A DNA stretch of 64,000 nt from Colwellia sp. (GCA_029938115.1 JAPYOP010000004.1:72752-136751), one strand, 5' to 3'. Numbered from the stretch's first letter, positions 1 to 10,457 are shown. The notes: generated by a model from the letters alone, not told the origin. Made by a program: numbers and translations.

Positions 1-192
1 GTGATAGCTGAGATTGAGACGATTAATGGTAAAAAATCGCAAGTAGATATTGATGATTTTTCATTAATAGAGTGGCAAACTGCTTTTAGCCGCTTAGCAT
101 CTCCTCAACTACCTAACCTAAAGAGTAAGCAAGCTCAATTTATTGGCCTTGATAAAGAAATCACTAACTCAATAGAATTACAGTACCAATAA
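1..192 (+). CDS. C-terminal fragment of an unidentified protein (gene starts left of the window)
   Basis: Open frame from position 1 to the stop at 190-192. No recognisable motif. Confidence 0.3.
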   Translation: MIAEIETINGKKSQVDIDDFSLIEWQTAFSRLASPQLPNLKSKQAQFIGLDKEITNSIELQYQ

Positions 193-205
193 AACAAATG
201 AGTTT

Positions 206-244
206 CATCTGGAGTTCTTGTAATAAAAGCAACTCCTTCAGATG
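206..244. terminator. Possible bidirectional hairpin between convergent genes
   Basis: Imperfect inverted repeat catctggagtt (206-216) / aactccttcagatg (231-244) between the + ORF ending at 192 and pxpC ending at 317. The stem has a 3-nt bulge. Confidence 0.35.
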
Positions 245-316
245 CAGGCAAACTATATTCTGTTAATTCATTTTTTCGAGCAACACCGTCACCAATAGTA
301 CTTTATCCAATATTTT

Positions 317-1264
317 TTAATCACAAAGTGTTAACGCTGTACGATTAAAACGGCTTAAGTTTAAATGAAAAAGGTTATGCGCTTGTTCCATACTAATGGG
401 TTCAAAACGTACTTTACAACCTTGGCTTAATTGGCCTAACTTATCGGTATCTACTGATGAAACAGCGCCTATTTTTGGATAACCACCTATAGTTTGTCTA
501 TCATTCATCAATACTATCGGCTGTCCATCTGCTGGTATTTGCACTGCGCCATGACAAATCCCTTCAGATAGAATGCCATCAATATCACACGATATTTTTT
601 GACCTTCTAAACGATACCCCATGCGATCAAAGCTTTTGCTAACTGTATATTCACTAGAAAAAAATAAACGCTGCTGGTGCGATGAAAAATGTTGCTGCTG
701 ATAACTTGGCACCGTATGCAATACAGCTTCATCAGAAAACTTAGGCCTTAGCCTATCTAATAAGGTTAAGTTTTGTGTTCTACTTTGATTTGCACAAGGT
801 AAAATATCACCTACTTTAAGCTTTTCACCGGTTAGGCCACCAACACCTTCTCGACAAACGGTTGCATTACTGCCAAAACTTTCGGGCAGCATAAAACCAT
901 GAGCCACAGCTAAGTAACTTCGTACACCTTGCGTGGCAAAACCTAACTCAATTAGATCACCTGCCTTTACCTGATAACTTCGCCATAACTCTTTGACTTG
1001 ACCATTAATGCTCAAGGGCATATTTGCGCCTGTAACAGCAATAGTACTATCAAGTTGCGCGGTTAGAGCTAGGCCGCCAACACTGATTTCAATGGCCGTT
1101 GCATTTAACTCATTAGCACATAAACGATTTGCCCACCGGAAGGCACCTAAATCTATTGGTCCGCCATTAGTTAAACCAATATTAAAAGCGCCAAAGCGGC
1201 CAGCATCTTGGATTAGGCTTAACATGCCCGGTTGCTTAACTAAAAAACCTATTGAGAGGGGCAT
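317..1264 (-). CDS. pxpC: 5-oxoprolinase subunit C (PxpC; KipA / allophanate hydrolase subunit 2 family)
   Basis: 315 aa. N-terminus GMLSLIQDAGRFG...GLTNGGPID and C-terminal DRQTIGGYPKIG are typical of this family. Its start overlaps the end of pxpB, last gene of a pxpA-pxpB-pxpC operon. Confidence 0.85.
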   Translation of the reverse strand: MPLSIGFLVKQPGMLSLIQDAGRFGAFNIGLTNGGPIDLGAFRWANRLCANELNATAIEISVGGLALTAQLDSTIAVTGANMPLSINGQVKELWRSYQVKAGDLIELGFATQGVRSYLAVAHGFMLPESFGSNATVCREGVGGLTGEKLKVGDILPCANQSRTQNLTLLDRLRPKFSDEAVLHTVPSYQQQHFSSHQQRLFFSSEYTVSKSFDRMGYRLEGQKISCDIDGILSEGICHGAVQIPADGQPIVLMNDRQTIGGYPKIGAVSSVDTDKLGQLSQGCKVRFEPISMEQAHNLFHLNLSRFNRTALTLCD

Positions 1265-2016
1265 GTATTAACTCCAAGGTTTTCGGGTAGTTCTCCGCCT
1301 AACGCCAAAAACTCAGCTTTTGTAATCACTTTAAACTTGACCTTATCTCCCACGTTAACTGGCATTATTGGTGTTGCAGTCGCATTAAACATATCTATAG
1401 GACATAAACCTATAATGTTCCAACCACCCGGAGAAACATCTGGATAAACAGCCGTTTGTTTATCCGCAATTGCGACGGCACCTTTAGGAACTTTCATTCG
1501 AGGTGTATTTAAACGCGGTAAAGCAATGCGTTCATCAACGTCACCTAAATAAGCAAAACCCGGTGCGAAACCTATGGCGTAAACCCGATATTCTTGAGCT
1601 TGATGAATATCAATAATTTGCTCAACACTTAAGTTTGTTCGTTTAGATATCACAGCTAAATCTGGCCCTGATTCTATAGAATAATATACCGGTAACTCAA
1701 CCAGTACAGCTTGCTCTGTATTGCTAGCTATTGGTGACTTATCTTCAAGGTTATGCAGTAGCGTTCTTAATTTATTACGCACTTGATGGTGGTCAGTCGT
1801 TGTTAAGTTAAACATCACCATAAGTGATGCATAAGAAGGAATAAGATCGATAACATCAGTCGACAAATCATCTTTCATCGCATGACGAATAAGTAACTCA
1901 GCTTGTTGCACTTTAGCAGACACTTCACTACTTGCTTGCTCTACAAAATAAATGATCAAAGCATTTTCACCAGCAATATGAATATTAAGATTTGCTGATG
2001 GTGTTTCTTTTAACAT
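1249..2016 (-). CDS. pxpB: 5-oxoprolinase subunit B (PxpB; KipI / allophanate hydrolase subunit 1 family)
   Basis: 255 aa. Motifs YRVYAIGFAPGFAYLG, PRLNTPR and GGWNIIG. Start abuts the pxpA stop, consistent with translational coupling. Confidence 0.85.
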   Translation of the reverse strand: MLKETPSANLNIHIAGENALIIYFVEQASSEVSAKVQQAELLIRHAMKDDLSTDVIDLIPSYASLMVMFNLTTTDHHQVRNKLRTLLHNLEDKSPIASNTEQAVLVELPVYYSIESGPDLAVISKRTNLSVEQIIDIHQAQEYRVYAIGFAPGFAYLGDVDERIALPRLNTPRMKVPKGAVAIADKQTAVYPDVSPGGWNIIGLCPIDMFNATATPIMPVNVGDKVKFKVITKAEFLALGGELPENLGVNTCPSQ

Positions 2017-2741
2017 TAGCCAATTAGCTCCCGAATAGCTTCAATAGCTTGCACACCTTCAATATTGTCACCATGAACACATAAACTGTCAGCATTTAAG
2101 TGCAAGGTCTTTCCACTAACCGTTGTAACGCTACCCTGCGCTTTCAATTGCTTAACTTGCGCTAGCATTTTGTCTTTATTATGCACTGCATCTGCTTTTG
2201 TACGCGATAATAACTTACCGTCATCGTCATAACATCTATCCGCAAAAGCTTCACTAAGCACTTCAATGCCAAACGTTTTCGCTTGTGCTCGATGTTGAAC
2301 AATATTTGGTGTTGCTTGCAACATAAGCTTTAACGGACGATGGTAACTGCTCAGTGCAATTAGAATAGCCTCACGAACATTGTCTTTTGCCATCATGTCA
2401 TTGTACAAAGCGCCATGGGGTTTAACGTATTCTAACTCAATATCTAGTGACTTAGCGACGCCATCAATAGCGGCTATTTGATACTTTACTAAAGCGATAA
2501 TTTCTTCTGTTGAGCAGTTTATTGAGCGGCGGCCAAAACCAACTAAATCAGGGTAACCCGGATGCGCGCCAACGCTAACATTATGCTCCTTGGCCAATAT
2601 TAGCGTGTTTTGCATCACCAAAGGGTCGCCAGCGTGAAAGCCGCAGGCAATGTTGGCTTGATCGATATGCAGCATAACTTGCTCATCTAAACCCATAGTC
2701 CAACTGCCAAAGCTTTCGCCTAAATCACAATTTAATTTCAT
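2016..2741 (-). CDS. pxpA: 5-oxoprolinase subunit A (PxpA; LamB/YcsF family)
   Basis: 241 aa. MKLNCDLGESFG...ANIACGFHAGDP...VGAHPGYPD...KPHGALYN...SLCVHGD is the LamB/YcsF signature. Confidence 0.9.
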   Translation of the reverse strand: MKLNCDLGESFGSWTMGLDEQVMLHIDQANIACGFHAGDPLVMQNTLILAKEHNVSVGAHPGYPDLVGFGRRSINCSTEEIIALVKYQIAAIDGVAKSLDIELEYVKPHGALYNDMMAKDNVREAILIALSSYHRPLKLMLQATPNIVQHRAQAKTFGIEVLSEAFADRCYDDDGKLLSRTKADAVHNKDKMLAQVKQLKAQGSVTTVSGKTLHLNADSLCVHGDNIEGVQAIEAIRELIG

Positions 2742-2742
2742 T

Positions 2743-2895
2743 TTATTTCCTTCTTGGCAAAATAACTATATTTCCTTGCACACAACCTTGAGCAAAACCT
2801 GAGGTATTATTGGTAAATTTATTATGACGAATTAGTTGACGTAATTCATAAGCACTCAGCTGTTCTGCACTAGCTTCGATACAATCTCCAGACAT
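2743..2895 (-). pseudogene. 50-codon N-terminal stump of a DUF1445 / YcsI-like (putative hydro-lyase, UPF0317) gene
   Basis: My own minus-strand translation gives MSGDCIEASAEQLSAYELRQLIRHNKFTNNTSGFAQGCVQGNIVILPRRK*. The RQLIR..F.G.TSG.A.G.VQ.N.VILP pattern is the N-terminus of roughly 260-aa DUF1445 proteins. The frame stops 1 nt before the pxpA ATG. It is shorter than the ORF-track cutoff. Confidence 0.55.
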
Positions 2896-3270
2896 GAAAA
2901 TCACTTTTATTGGCTTGATTTTATTGCTTGTTTGTACTGATTAACAAGCATGCTTTAATGAAAGTATTATTGCGGAAAAGCACAAAAAAAGCCACTGACA
3001 CTTTTATATATTCAGCATAAGAGGCAATAAGTTATATGCATATACATTTTGGCTAGAAGCCAATAACAATACTGTAGCGCTTGCAAGCAAAGGTAGTTCA
3101 TTTATCAGTGTTTTTGTTGTTGTTTTTACTATTAACATGCACCCTTTATATTCCAACAAAAGCACAAACAAAGAATATATCATTCCACCGTCAAAATAAA
3201 AAAACGAAACAGCTGTAAATTTACCGATATTTCGCTTTAAACAGTGCTTCGTTCTATAGACTAAGTAAAA

Positions 3271-4395
3271 CTATTTTACTAAACCTAAAGATGGCACTTT
3301 AGCAATCAAACCATTATTAAACCTGACTTTTTGACCACTTTGTAAACGTTCACCTCCGCGAATAATAACCATATCATTCAACGTTAAAGCGCCGATAACT
3401 GAAACATAGTCATCTACCCCTTGCCCTACAATGACAGAAACCTTCATCGCTTTATCTTCTTCATCAACAGTTAAAACATACGTTTCATTCTCTCGTAAAA
3501 CCAAAGCATCACGTGGTACTAACATTGCACTTTTAGGACGCTGTTTAGGTAGGGACACCATCACTGCACTACCGGCTAAAATATCAATATTGTTCGCTGA
3601 TAATCTAACATCGAAAGTACGAGACAACTGATTACCCGCTTGACTCCATGTGCGTATTGGCAATTGTATTAACTGATTTTGCCACTTCACCATAACTTGA
3701 GCATCTTTTTGCAAAAATGGCGCGATATTAATAGGCGCAGCAATTTTTATATCTAAATTTTTGGTATCAATCAACTGCACTAATGAACGACCAACAGAGA
3801 TCAACTCACCTACATGGGCAAAACGTTCACTTACATGACCACTAAAAGGTGCAACAATTTTAGTTTTTTCTAATGCGAGCTCAGTTTGAGCAACTAAACT
3901 TTTCAGCGCTGCCACTTCATTAATCGCGACAGTTAAATCTTTACTAGTTCGCTCAAACTCGCTCAGCGCTGAGTTATTTGCTTCACGTAATTTAGATATA
4001 CGTTTTTTCTGATGAGTTAAATACTCTACATTTGCTTGAAACTGTTTAACTTGCGCTTGCTGTCGAGCTAGTTGTAATTTTAAGTGTCGATCATCAATTT
4101 GCGCTAATAGCTGACCTTTTTCCACGCTGCTACCAACATCTTCTATCCAAAGCAACTGCCCTGTTTGTTCAGCAGAAATAGGAGCATTCATGCGACTAAT
4201 AACGTTAGCTGGCAACCAAATACTCGGCTTAACCTGCTGCTGTTTTACTGATTCAATACTCACTAACTGAGCAGGTTTTTCATCACTTGCTTGGACATTA
4301 AGCGATACAAGCAACATAGCGCTTAACAAAACTAATGACGACGCTGATGTTGATATATATCTAACTGCTGACGGGATAAATAGTTTTCTAATCAT
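3271..4395 (-). CDS. Efflux RND transporter periplasmic adaptor (membrane fusion protein)
   Basis: Signal/anchor MIRKLFIPSAV...LLVSLNVQA, coiled-coil hairpin region, and barrel motifs (APFSGHVSERFAHVGELISVG). Start trimmed to ATG 4395, which is preceded by aaggaa. The track start at 4434 is an upstream extension. Confidence 0.85.
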   Translation of the reverse strand: MIRKLFIPSAVRYISTSASSLVLLSAMLLVSLNVQASDEKPAQLVSIESVKQQQVKPSIWLPANVISRMNAPISAEQTGQLLWIEDVGSSVEKGQLLAQIDDRHLKLQLARQQAQVKQFQANVEYLTHQKKRISKLREANNSALSEFERTSKDLTVAINEVAALKSLVAQTELALEKTKIVAPFSGHVSERFAHVGELISVGRSLVQLIDTKNLDIKIAAPINIAPFLQKDAQVMVKWQNQLIQLPIRTWSQAGNQLSRTFDVRLSANNIDILAGSAVMVSLPKQRPKSAMLVPRDALVLRENETYVLTVDEEDKAMKVSVIVGQGVDDYVSVIGALTLNDMVIIRGGERLQSGQKVRFNNGLIAKVPSLGLVK

Positions 4396-4434
4396 GATTG
4401 TTTCCTTTAGTAAATTCATGTAATGAGCTAACAA

Positions 4435-7400
4435 CTAAACTTTCACTCGAGCACTAGGTAACTGCTCTAACGGTGCTTTTAAATTTTTTCGTGTTATAAG
4501 TTTTGGTAGAAAATCTTGCTTCACCAAACGTAACAGGCACGGTAATAGAACAATGGTAAATAGTGTGCTAAAGGCTAAACCGCCAACAATAACCGCGGCT
4601 AGACCTCGATAAATCACACTGCCAGCACCGGGTATTAATAGCAGTGGTAACATGCCAAAAAAGCTAGTTGCTGTGCTCATAAATATTGGCCGTAAACGTA
4701 AACTAAGCGCTTGCTCTATAGCTTGTGAGCGTTCTAATCCTTGTTGTTGCCCTATGCGTGTTTGATGCACTAATAAAATAGCGTTATTAACCACTAAACC
4801 TAGCAAGATAATAAAACCAATCATGGTAAGTAAATCAAGTGGTTGAAACACAGCTAAATTTAAAAGTTGCAGAGCTAAAATACCGCCAACTGTTGCTAGA
4901 GGAATGGTAATAACAACGAGTAGACTGTCTTTCACTGAGCGAAATAGTGCTGCCATTAATAAAAACAAAATGACTAAAGCAAAAGCAAAATTCTCGCTCA
5001 TTACGCTAATAGCTTTCTCTAATTGATCTGCACTACCACCGTATAAAATACTGCCGTCATCAGGCATTATTTCACGTAGTTTCGGCTCAACCTCCGCCTT
5101 TAATACCGCAATGGTTTCTTCAAGTGACCAACCTTTAGGTGGGTTTATATTTAAACTGATAGTACGGTTACCATTAATACGCGTTAAACGGCTAGGACCA
5201 ACGGTGCGCTTGATTTCAACAAGATTCGATAACTGGGTTAATTGGCCATTACCGGTAACTAATGGTACATCAGCAAGGTTATCAGGAGAGTTCCAGCCAT
5301 CTGCCCGCAAAATCATATCAAGACGTTTATTACCATTAAAGTACTCGCCAACGAATAAACCATCACCTAAGGTTCTAACAACTCGACCTAAATCCCGACG
5401 GTTCCACCCTAACTCTAAAATATTGCGATCGTTTGGAATTAACCTAAGCTCAGGCTCTGTCATTTCTAAACCGGGATTAGCATTAACGTTAGCACCTTCT
5501 ATGGCTTCGCTGACAAAGGTAATACCTTGACGAGCAACATTTTGCAGTGCTTTAGTGTCTTTTGATTGCAAATGAATGCTAACTTGTCTGCCACCACCAA
5601 AACCACCAAATAAATTTCCTTGTCGAGCAAACACTTGTGTGTCTGGCAAATCGACTAGAATTTCATCACGTACTAGTTCAAGCAATTCATCAACGCGAGA
5701 CTGATCTTTAACTCGAATACCTAAATTGCCGCCAAAAGGGCCACTAAAAATATAATAGTTTTTTAACGCCGGCTCTTTCGTACCGTCCATATAAGGTTTT
5801 AATCTAGCAACTATTGGCTCTATCACTTCTTTTTCAATGGTTTTAATATTCGCGCCCGGAGGAAACTGTAAATTGGCATCAACAGCATCACGCTTTACTG
5901 GCGGCAAATAATCCAGTTTTGGCATAGCAATAATCGAGACAATAATGGGCAAAACAAGCAGCGTTGTGGCTAGTGACAAACGTTTAACACGGGTATTAGT
6001 ACTGTTCATAACAAAAACTGTAATGCGTTGCCACAGTTTTTCATTTGGATCATTAACGTGCTGTTGTTTTAAAAAGTATTTAGCCAGTACTGGTAGCAAT
6101 ACCACGGCAACAATAAGCGAGACAGAAACAGCAATAGCAATGGTTAGCGCTAAGTCACCAAACAATTGCCCTTCAATATCCTTTAGAAAGAATACCGGTA
6201 AAAATATCGCCACTGTTGTCGCTGTAGAAGCAAGTAAAGCGCCCCACACTTGCTCTGCACCTTGCTCGGCACTATCTTCTTCATTAAGCCCTTTATCACG
6301 CATACGTAGAATATTTTCTAGCACTACAATGGCGGCATCTAACACCATACCTACAGCAAAAGCTAAGCCCGCAAGCGATATGACATTTAATGAACGTCCT
6401 GTTATTTCTAAAACAATAAAAGTACTTAACAAACTCACTGGAATGGCTGTGGCAATAATTAAGGTTGCGCGCATACGGCGTATGAAAAACCATAAAACTG
6501 AAAGTGACAAAGCAATGCCCGCAAACAAATTACCTGTAACTAAATTGATGGCGCGATAAATAAATACTGAAGCGTCAAATGATTGCACCATAACCAAGTC
6601 TTTATCCGCAAGTAACTCAGCGTTCATCAGCTCAACTTCGGCTTTAACCCGATTAAGTGTTCCTAAAACATTAGCGCCATTGGCTCTGTCAATACGCATA
6701 GAAAAGGCAGGGTTACCATTTTGTATCGCTAAGTTTTGTCTGTCATTTCGTTGAACCTTAACGGTAGCAATATCACTTAAACGGATGTTCCTACCATTTC
6801 TGGATGCCAACATAAGCTGAGAAAGTTCATCTACACCATACTTGCCGCTATACCGAAGCGTATACTGACGTCTACCCACATCAACAAAACCACCAGAAAC
6901 ATCCTCAGATGCAGAGACTAAAGCGACAAGATCTGTAATTTTAATGCCATATTCGGCTGCTTTCACAGGGTCATAACGAATTTGCAATTGCTCTCTGTTT
7001 TGCTGTGAAAAAGTTTGCACACTTGATACGCCCTCAATCGCCTCTATACGTGGACGAATAGTGTCATTGGTAAATTCCACATAATCGGCAATATCTTTAT
7101 CATTACCTGGCAAGGCTTGTAAAAAAAACCACGTTAGCGCGGGTGTATTACCACCGAAACCACCTAACATAATTCTAGGTGGACGTGCATCGCGAGGTAA
7201 ATTTGCGACCCTAGTCATGCGCGAAATAACCTCAATCAGTGTTTGCTCCATATTGGTGTCAACGCCAAACTCTAAATTAATGAATGCTGAGCCACGATTT
7301 GCAAAAGCGTTCATTGAATTTAAACCAGGAATACCGCGCAAAACTTGCTCTTGGGGCTCTATGATTTCCGATTCAATTTCTTTAGGTGATGCCGCTCGCC

Positions 7401-7551
7401 AAAAGGTTTGAATAGCAATACGCGGACGTTCAATATCTGGAAATAATTGTACCGGTAATTTAAAAAGGCTCAACATACCTACCAGTAAAATAAGCGCGAC
7501 TCCTACAGCAACGGCTGCGGGACTTGTTAAAGCACTTTTGGTTAATTTCAT
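4435..7551 (-). CDS. RND efflux permease (AcrB/AcrD/AcrF family)
   Basis: About 1038 aa with 12-TM RND topology and two large periplasmic loops. N-terminus MKLTKSALTSPAAVAVGVALILLVG. Start trimmed to ATG 7551. Confidence 0.9.
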   Translation of the reverse strand: MKLTKSALTSPAAVAVGVALILLVGMLSLFKLPVQLFPDIERPRIAIQTFWRAASPKEIESEIIEPQEQVLRGIPGLNSMNAFANRGSAFINLEFGVDTNMEQTLIEVISRMTRVANLPRDARPPRIMLGGFGGNTPALTWFFLQALPGNDKDIADYVEFTNDTIRPRIEAIEGVSSVQTFSQQNREQLQIRYDPVKAAEYGIKITDLVALVSASEDVSGGFVDVGRRQYTLRYSGKYGVDELSQLMLASRNGRNIRLSDIATVKVQRNDRQNLAIQNGNPAFSMRIDRANGANVLGTLNRVKAEVELMNAELLADKDLVMVQSFDASVFIYRAINLVTGNLFAGIALSLSVLWFFIRRMRATLIIATAIPVSLLSTFIVLEITGRSLNVISLAGLAFAVGMVLDAAIVVLENILRMRDKGLNEEDSAEQGAEQVWGALLASTATTVAIFLPVFFLKDIEGQLFGDLALTIAIAVSVSLIVAVVLLPVLAKYFLKQQHVNDPNEKLWQRITVFVMNSTNTRVKRLSLATTLLVLPIIVSIIAMPKLDYLPPVKRDAVDANLQFPPGANIKTIEKEVIEPIVARLKPYMDGTKEPALKNYYIFSGPFGGNLGIRVKDQSRVDELLELVRDEILVDLPDTQVFARQGNLFGGFGGGRQVSIHLQSKDTKALQNVARQGITFVSEAIEGANVNANPGLEMTEPELRLIPNDRNILELGWNRRDLGRVVRTLGDGLFVGEYFNGNKRLDMILRADGWNSPDNLADVPLVTGNGQLTQLSNLVEIKRTVGPSRLTRINGNRTISLNINPPKGWSLEETIAVLKAEVEPKLREIMPDDGSILYGGSADQLEKAISVMSENFAFALVILFLLMAALFRSVKDSLLVVITIPLATVGGILALQLLNLAVFQPLDLLTMIGFIILLGLVVNNAILLVHQTRIGQQQGLERSQAIEQALSLRLRPIFMSTATSFFGMLPLLLIPGAGSVIYRGLAAVIVGGLAFSTLFTIVLLPCLLRLVKQDFLPKLITRKNLKAPLEQLPSARVKV

Positions 7552-7767
7552 TATTTTTCCATCATCTATTACAATAATTAACAATTAAGATACATCTAGA
7601 TGACGAATTAAGCAGATGAGTTGCGCTTAATCGATAATTAAACACGATGAAATACAAAGATGAAATTGTTTGAAATGAGCAGACATAATTTGACATATCT
7701 TTGGCATTCTAAACGAGCAAAGTTATACTAACTCCCACAATAGCCCTTTTATAAATAGTAATTTCAA

Positions 7768-8781
7768 ATGCTTCGAATTTTTCTCTCTACTTTCATCTCG
7801 CTTTATTTTATTTCATCCTCCTTATTATTTGCTAAGTCATTTGAAGAACTCATTCAAGATTGTTTATTTAAAACTATTAAAAACGCTGAAAAAACACAAA
7901 CTTTACTTCAAATTGAAGATTACTGTGCAAAGAAAGTAATTAAAAAAGAGTTGGGGAATAAAGAACTTGGCGCCATCTCAGAACGAATGATTAAAGAAAG
8001 AAAGTCAGCATTTAATCCTTATGTGATCACCCCACATAAAATGAATTACATATTACCTGTGACCATTACCAACGAAATTAATACCAAAGCTTATGAGGAT
8101 TTTTCAAATTGGGCTGACAACCTTAAGGATGTTGAAGCAAAATTTCAAATAAGTATAAAAGTGCCTCTAACCACAGGAAACTTATTACCTAAAGGAGATC
8201 AGTTGTTTTTTGGCTTTACGATAGCATCATGGTGGCAACTCTATACTGAAAGTATTTCACGCCCTTTTAGGGAAACAAATTACCAACCAGAGTTGTTCTA
8301 CATTACACCTATAGATTGGCACCCTTTTGACAGCAATACAGGTGTTATATTTGGCTTTGAACACCAATCGAATGGTCGTTCACAAATTATTTCAAGAAGC
8401 TGGAACCGAGTTTATATTAATTTCCTATTTGAAAAAAACAATTTTGCGCTGTCATTTAGACCTTGGTATCGCGTTCCTGAAGATGAAAAAGAAAACGACT
8501 TTAATGCTGTTGGTGATGATAATCCTGACATAGATAATTACATGGGACACTTCGAATTAGGAATGGCTTACAACTGGCGTAAAGATTATGAATTTTCAAT
8601 GAAGTTAAGGGAAAATTTTTCAGAGCACCACGGAGCTATTGAAATAGGATTTACCTTTCCTTTATGGGCAAAACTAAGAGGTTATGCTCAATACTTTAAT
8701 GGTTATGGTGAAAGTTTAATTGATTACAACCATAAACAACAACGCTTTGGTATAGGTTTTGCGTTAACAGATATTCTTTAA
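7768..8781 (+). CDS. pldA: Outer-membrane phospholipase A1 (OMPLA)
   Basis: Signal peptide plus SWWQL...RPFRETNYQPELF, the catalytic block FEHQSNGRS...SRSWNR, DDNPDI..YMG, and C-terminal GYGESLIDYN. These are collinear with E. coli PldA motifs. Confidence 0.9.
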   Translation: MLRIFLSTFISLYFISSSLLFAKSFEELIQDCLFKTIKNAEKTQTLLQIEDYCAKKVIKKELGNKELGAISERMIKERKSAFNPYVITPHKMNYILPVTITNEINTKAYEDFSNWADNLKDVEAKFQISIKVPLTTGNLLPKGDQLFFGFTIASWWQLYTESISRPFRETNYQPELFYITPIDWHPFDSNTGVIFGFEHQSNGRSQIISRSWNRVYINFLFEKNNFALSFRPWYRVPEDEKENDFNAVGDDNPDIDNYMGHFELGMAYNWRKDYEFSMKLRENFSEHHGAIEIGFTFPLWAKLRGYAQYFNGYGESLIDYNHKQQRFGIGFALTDIL

Positions 8782-8897
8782 AACGTGTACTTTTCGCAAA
8801 GTATTTACATTTTCTAATTATTGCTACCATAAACCCAATCAGAGCCCTATACTTGAGTTATATAATTGAAAAAACACTAAAATTAAAGGTTTCTCAA

Positions 8898-10457
8898 ATG
8901 AGTAATAGCAAAGACTGTGTAGAGCACTTTATAGATATTGGCATGGCCTTATCTACAGAAAAAAACCATAATGCCCTTTTAGAGAAAATTCTAAAAAATG
9001 CGATGGAACTAAGCTCTGCAGATGCAGGTACTATTTACTCAATAACCGAAAATAAACAGCTAACCTTTGATACCGTATTAAACACTAGCTTAAATATTCA
9101 TTTAGGTGGTACGAGTAATAATCCTATCGATCTCCCTAATATTGATATTTATACTTTTGGTCAAGTTAACACCAGTGCAATGGTGGCAATTGCTGCCGCT
9201 AACGGAGAAATTATAAATGTTGAAGATGTTGATGAATGCGAAAACTATGACTTTAGTGCCGCAAAAGCTATGGATGAGCATATAGGATACAGAACTGATT
9301 CTGTATTAACTATTCCCATGAAAAATCACCAAGGAGATCTCAATGGTGTAATACAGCTTATTAACGCAACCAATGAACATAACGAAATAATTGCATTTAA
9401 TGACGATGATATCAGAGTGGTCAAATCACTGACTTCTTTCGCTGCAATTATTTTAACCAATAAACAGTTAGTGGTTGAAATGGAAAACCTATTTTCAGCC
9501 TTTTCCAAATTAATAGCCTCAGCCATAGATACAAAATCACCTTACACTGGTAGCCATTGTCGCCGTGTTCCTGAAATAACAATGCTGCTAGCTAATGCAT
9601 GTAACGAAATTGGGCATGGGCCTCTTGCAGATTTCACCATGGATAAAGAAGATTTTCATGAATTGAGTGTAGCGGCTTGGCTACACGATTGTGGAAAAGT
9701 GGCAACACCAGAATACATCATGGATAAAGCTAAAAAGCTTGAAACTATATTCGATAGAATAGAACTCGTAAAGGCGCGTTTTGAAATTGCTGCCCGTGAT
9801 ATTACCTATTCAACAAAACTAACTGATAAAGAAAAAGTAGCACAACTAAAAGTCTTATCTAGTGACAGAGATTTTATCGTACAAGCGAATACTGGCGGAG
9901 AATTTTTTGATGATGATAAAATTACTCGTGTATATAAAATTGCCAAGCATTATAAAATATCAATTGACGGAAAAACTCAATCGGTACTTAATAGTGATGA
10001 AGTACTTAACCTAATAATCAAACGAGGTACCCTTAATAACAAAGAACGTAAAATTATTAATGACCATATGAAAGTTACTGTCGAAATGCTTGAATCTATG
10101 CCCTTTCCTAAGCATTTACAAAATGTTCCCGAATATGCTTGTGGCCATCATGAAAAAATGGATGGTACTGGTTATCCTAAAGGCTTAAAGCGTGAACAAA
10201 TGTCGATACAAGCTAGGATAATGGCAATAGCCGATATTTTTGAAGCCTTAACATCGAATGACAGACCCTATAAAAAGCCCAAAACATTATCAGAAACCTT
10301 AAAAATCATGGGTTATATGAAACTTGATGATCACATTGATCCTGACTTATTTGACGTTTTTATACAGCAAGAAGTCTATTTAACCTTTGCAGAGAACTTC
10401 CTAGATGACTCTCAAATAGATAAAGTAGAGTTATGTAATATTCCTGGGTATAAATAA
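8898..10457 (+). CDS. GAF-domain HD-GYP protein (c-di-GMP phosphodiesterase family)
   Basis: N-terminal GAF-like region, then HD (AAWLHDCGKVATP) and GYP (HHEKMDGTGYPKGL) motifs. Start placed at ATG 8898. The track start at 8853 is a TTG extension. Confidence 0.85.
   Translation: MSNSKDCVEHFIDIGMALSTEKNHNALLEKILKNAMELSSADAGTIYSITENKQLTFDTVLNTSLNIHLGGTSNNPIDLPNIDIYTFGQVNTSAMVAIAAANGEIINVEDVDECENYDFSAAKAMDEHIGYRTDSVLTIPMKNHQGDLNGVIQLINATNEHNEIIAFNDDDIRVVKSLTSFAAIILTNKQLVVEMENLFSAFSKLIASAIDTKSPYTGSHCRRVPEITMLLANACNEIGHGPLADFTMDKEDFHELSVAAWLHDCGKVATPEYIMDKAKKLETIFDRIELVKARFEIAARDITYSTKLTDKEKVAQLKVLSSDRDFIVQANTGGEFFDDDKITRVYKIAKHYKISIDGKTQSVLNSDEVLNLIIKRGTLNNKERKIINDHMKVTVEMLESMPFPKHLQNVPEYACGHHEKMDGTGYPKGLKREQMSIQARIMAIADIFEALTSNDRPYKKPKTLSETLKIMGYMKLDDHIDPDLFDVFIQQEVYLTFAENFLDDSQIDKVELCNIPGYK

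Noticed and set aside
5111-6559. Long plus-strand ORFs (5111-5530, 139 aa; 5945-6559, 204 aa) inside the RND permease gene. Similar antisense ORFs occur at 1008-1271, 32107-32505, 57825-58283 and 59586-59954.
   Set aside because: All lie antisense to strongly supported genes with clear family motifs. Their translations are low-complexity with no motifs. These are typical shadow ORFs of long genes.
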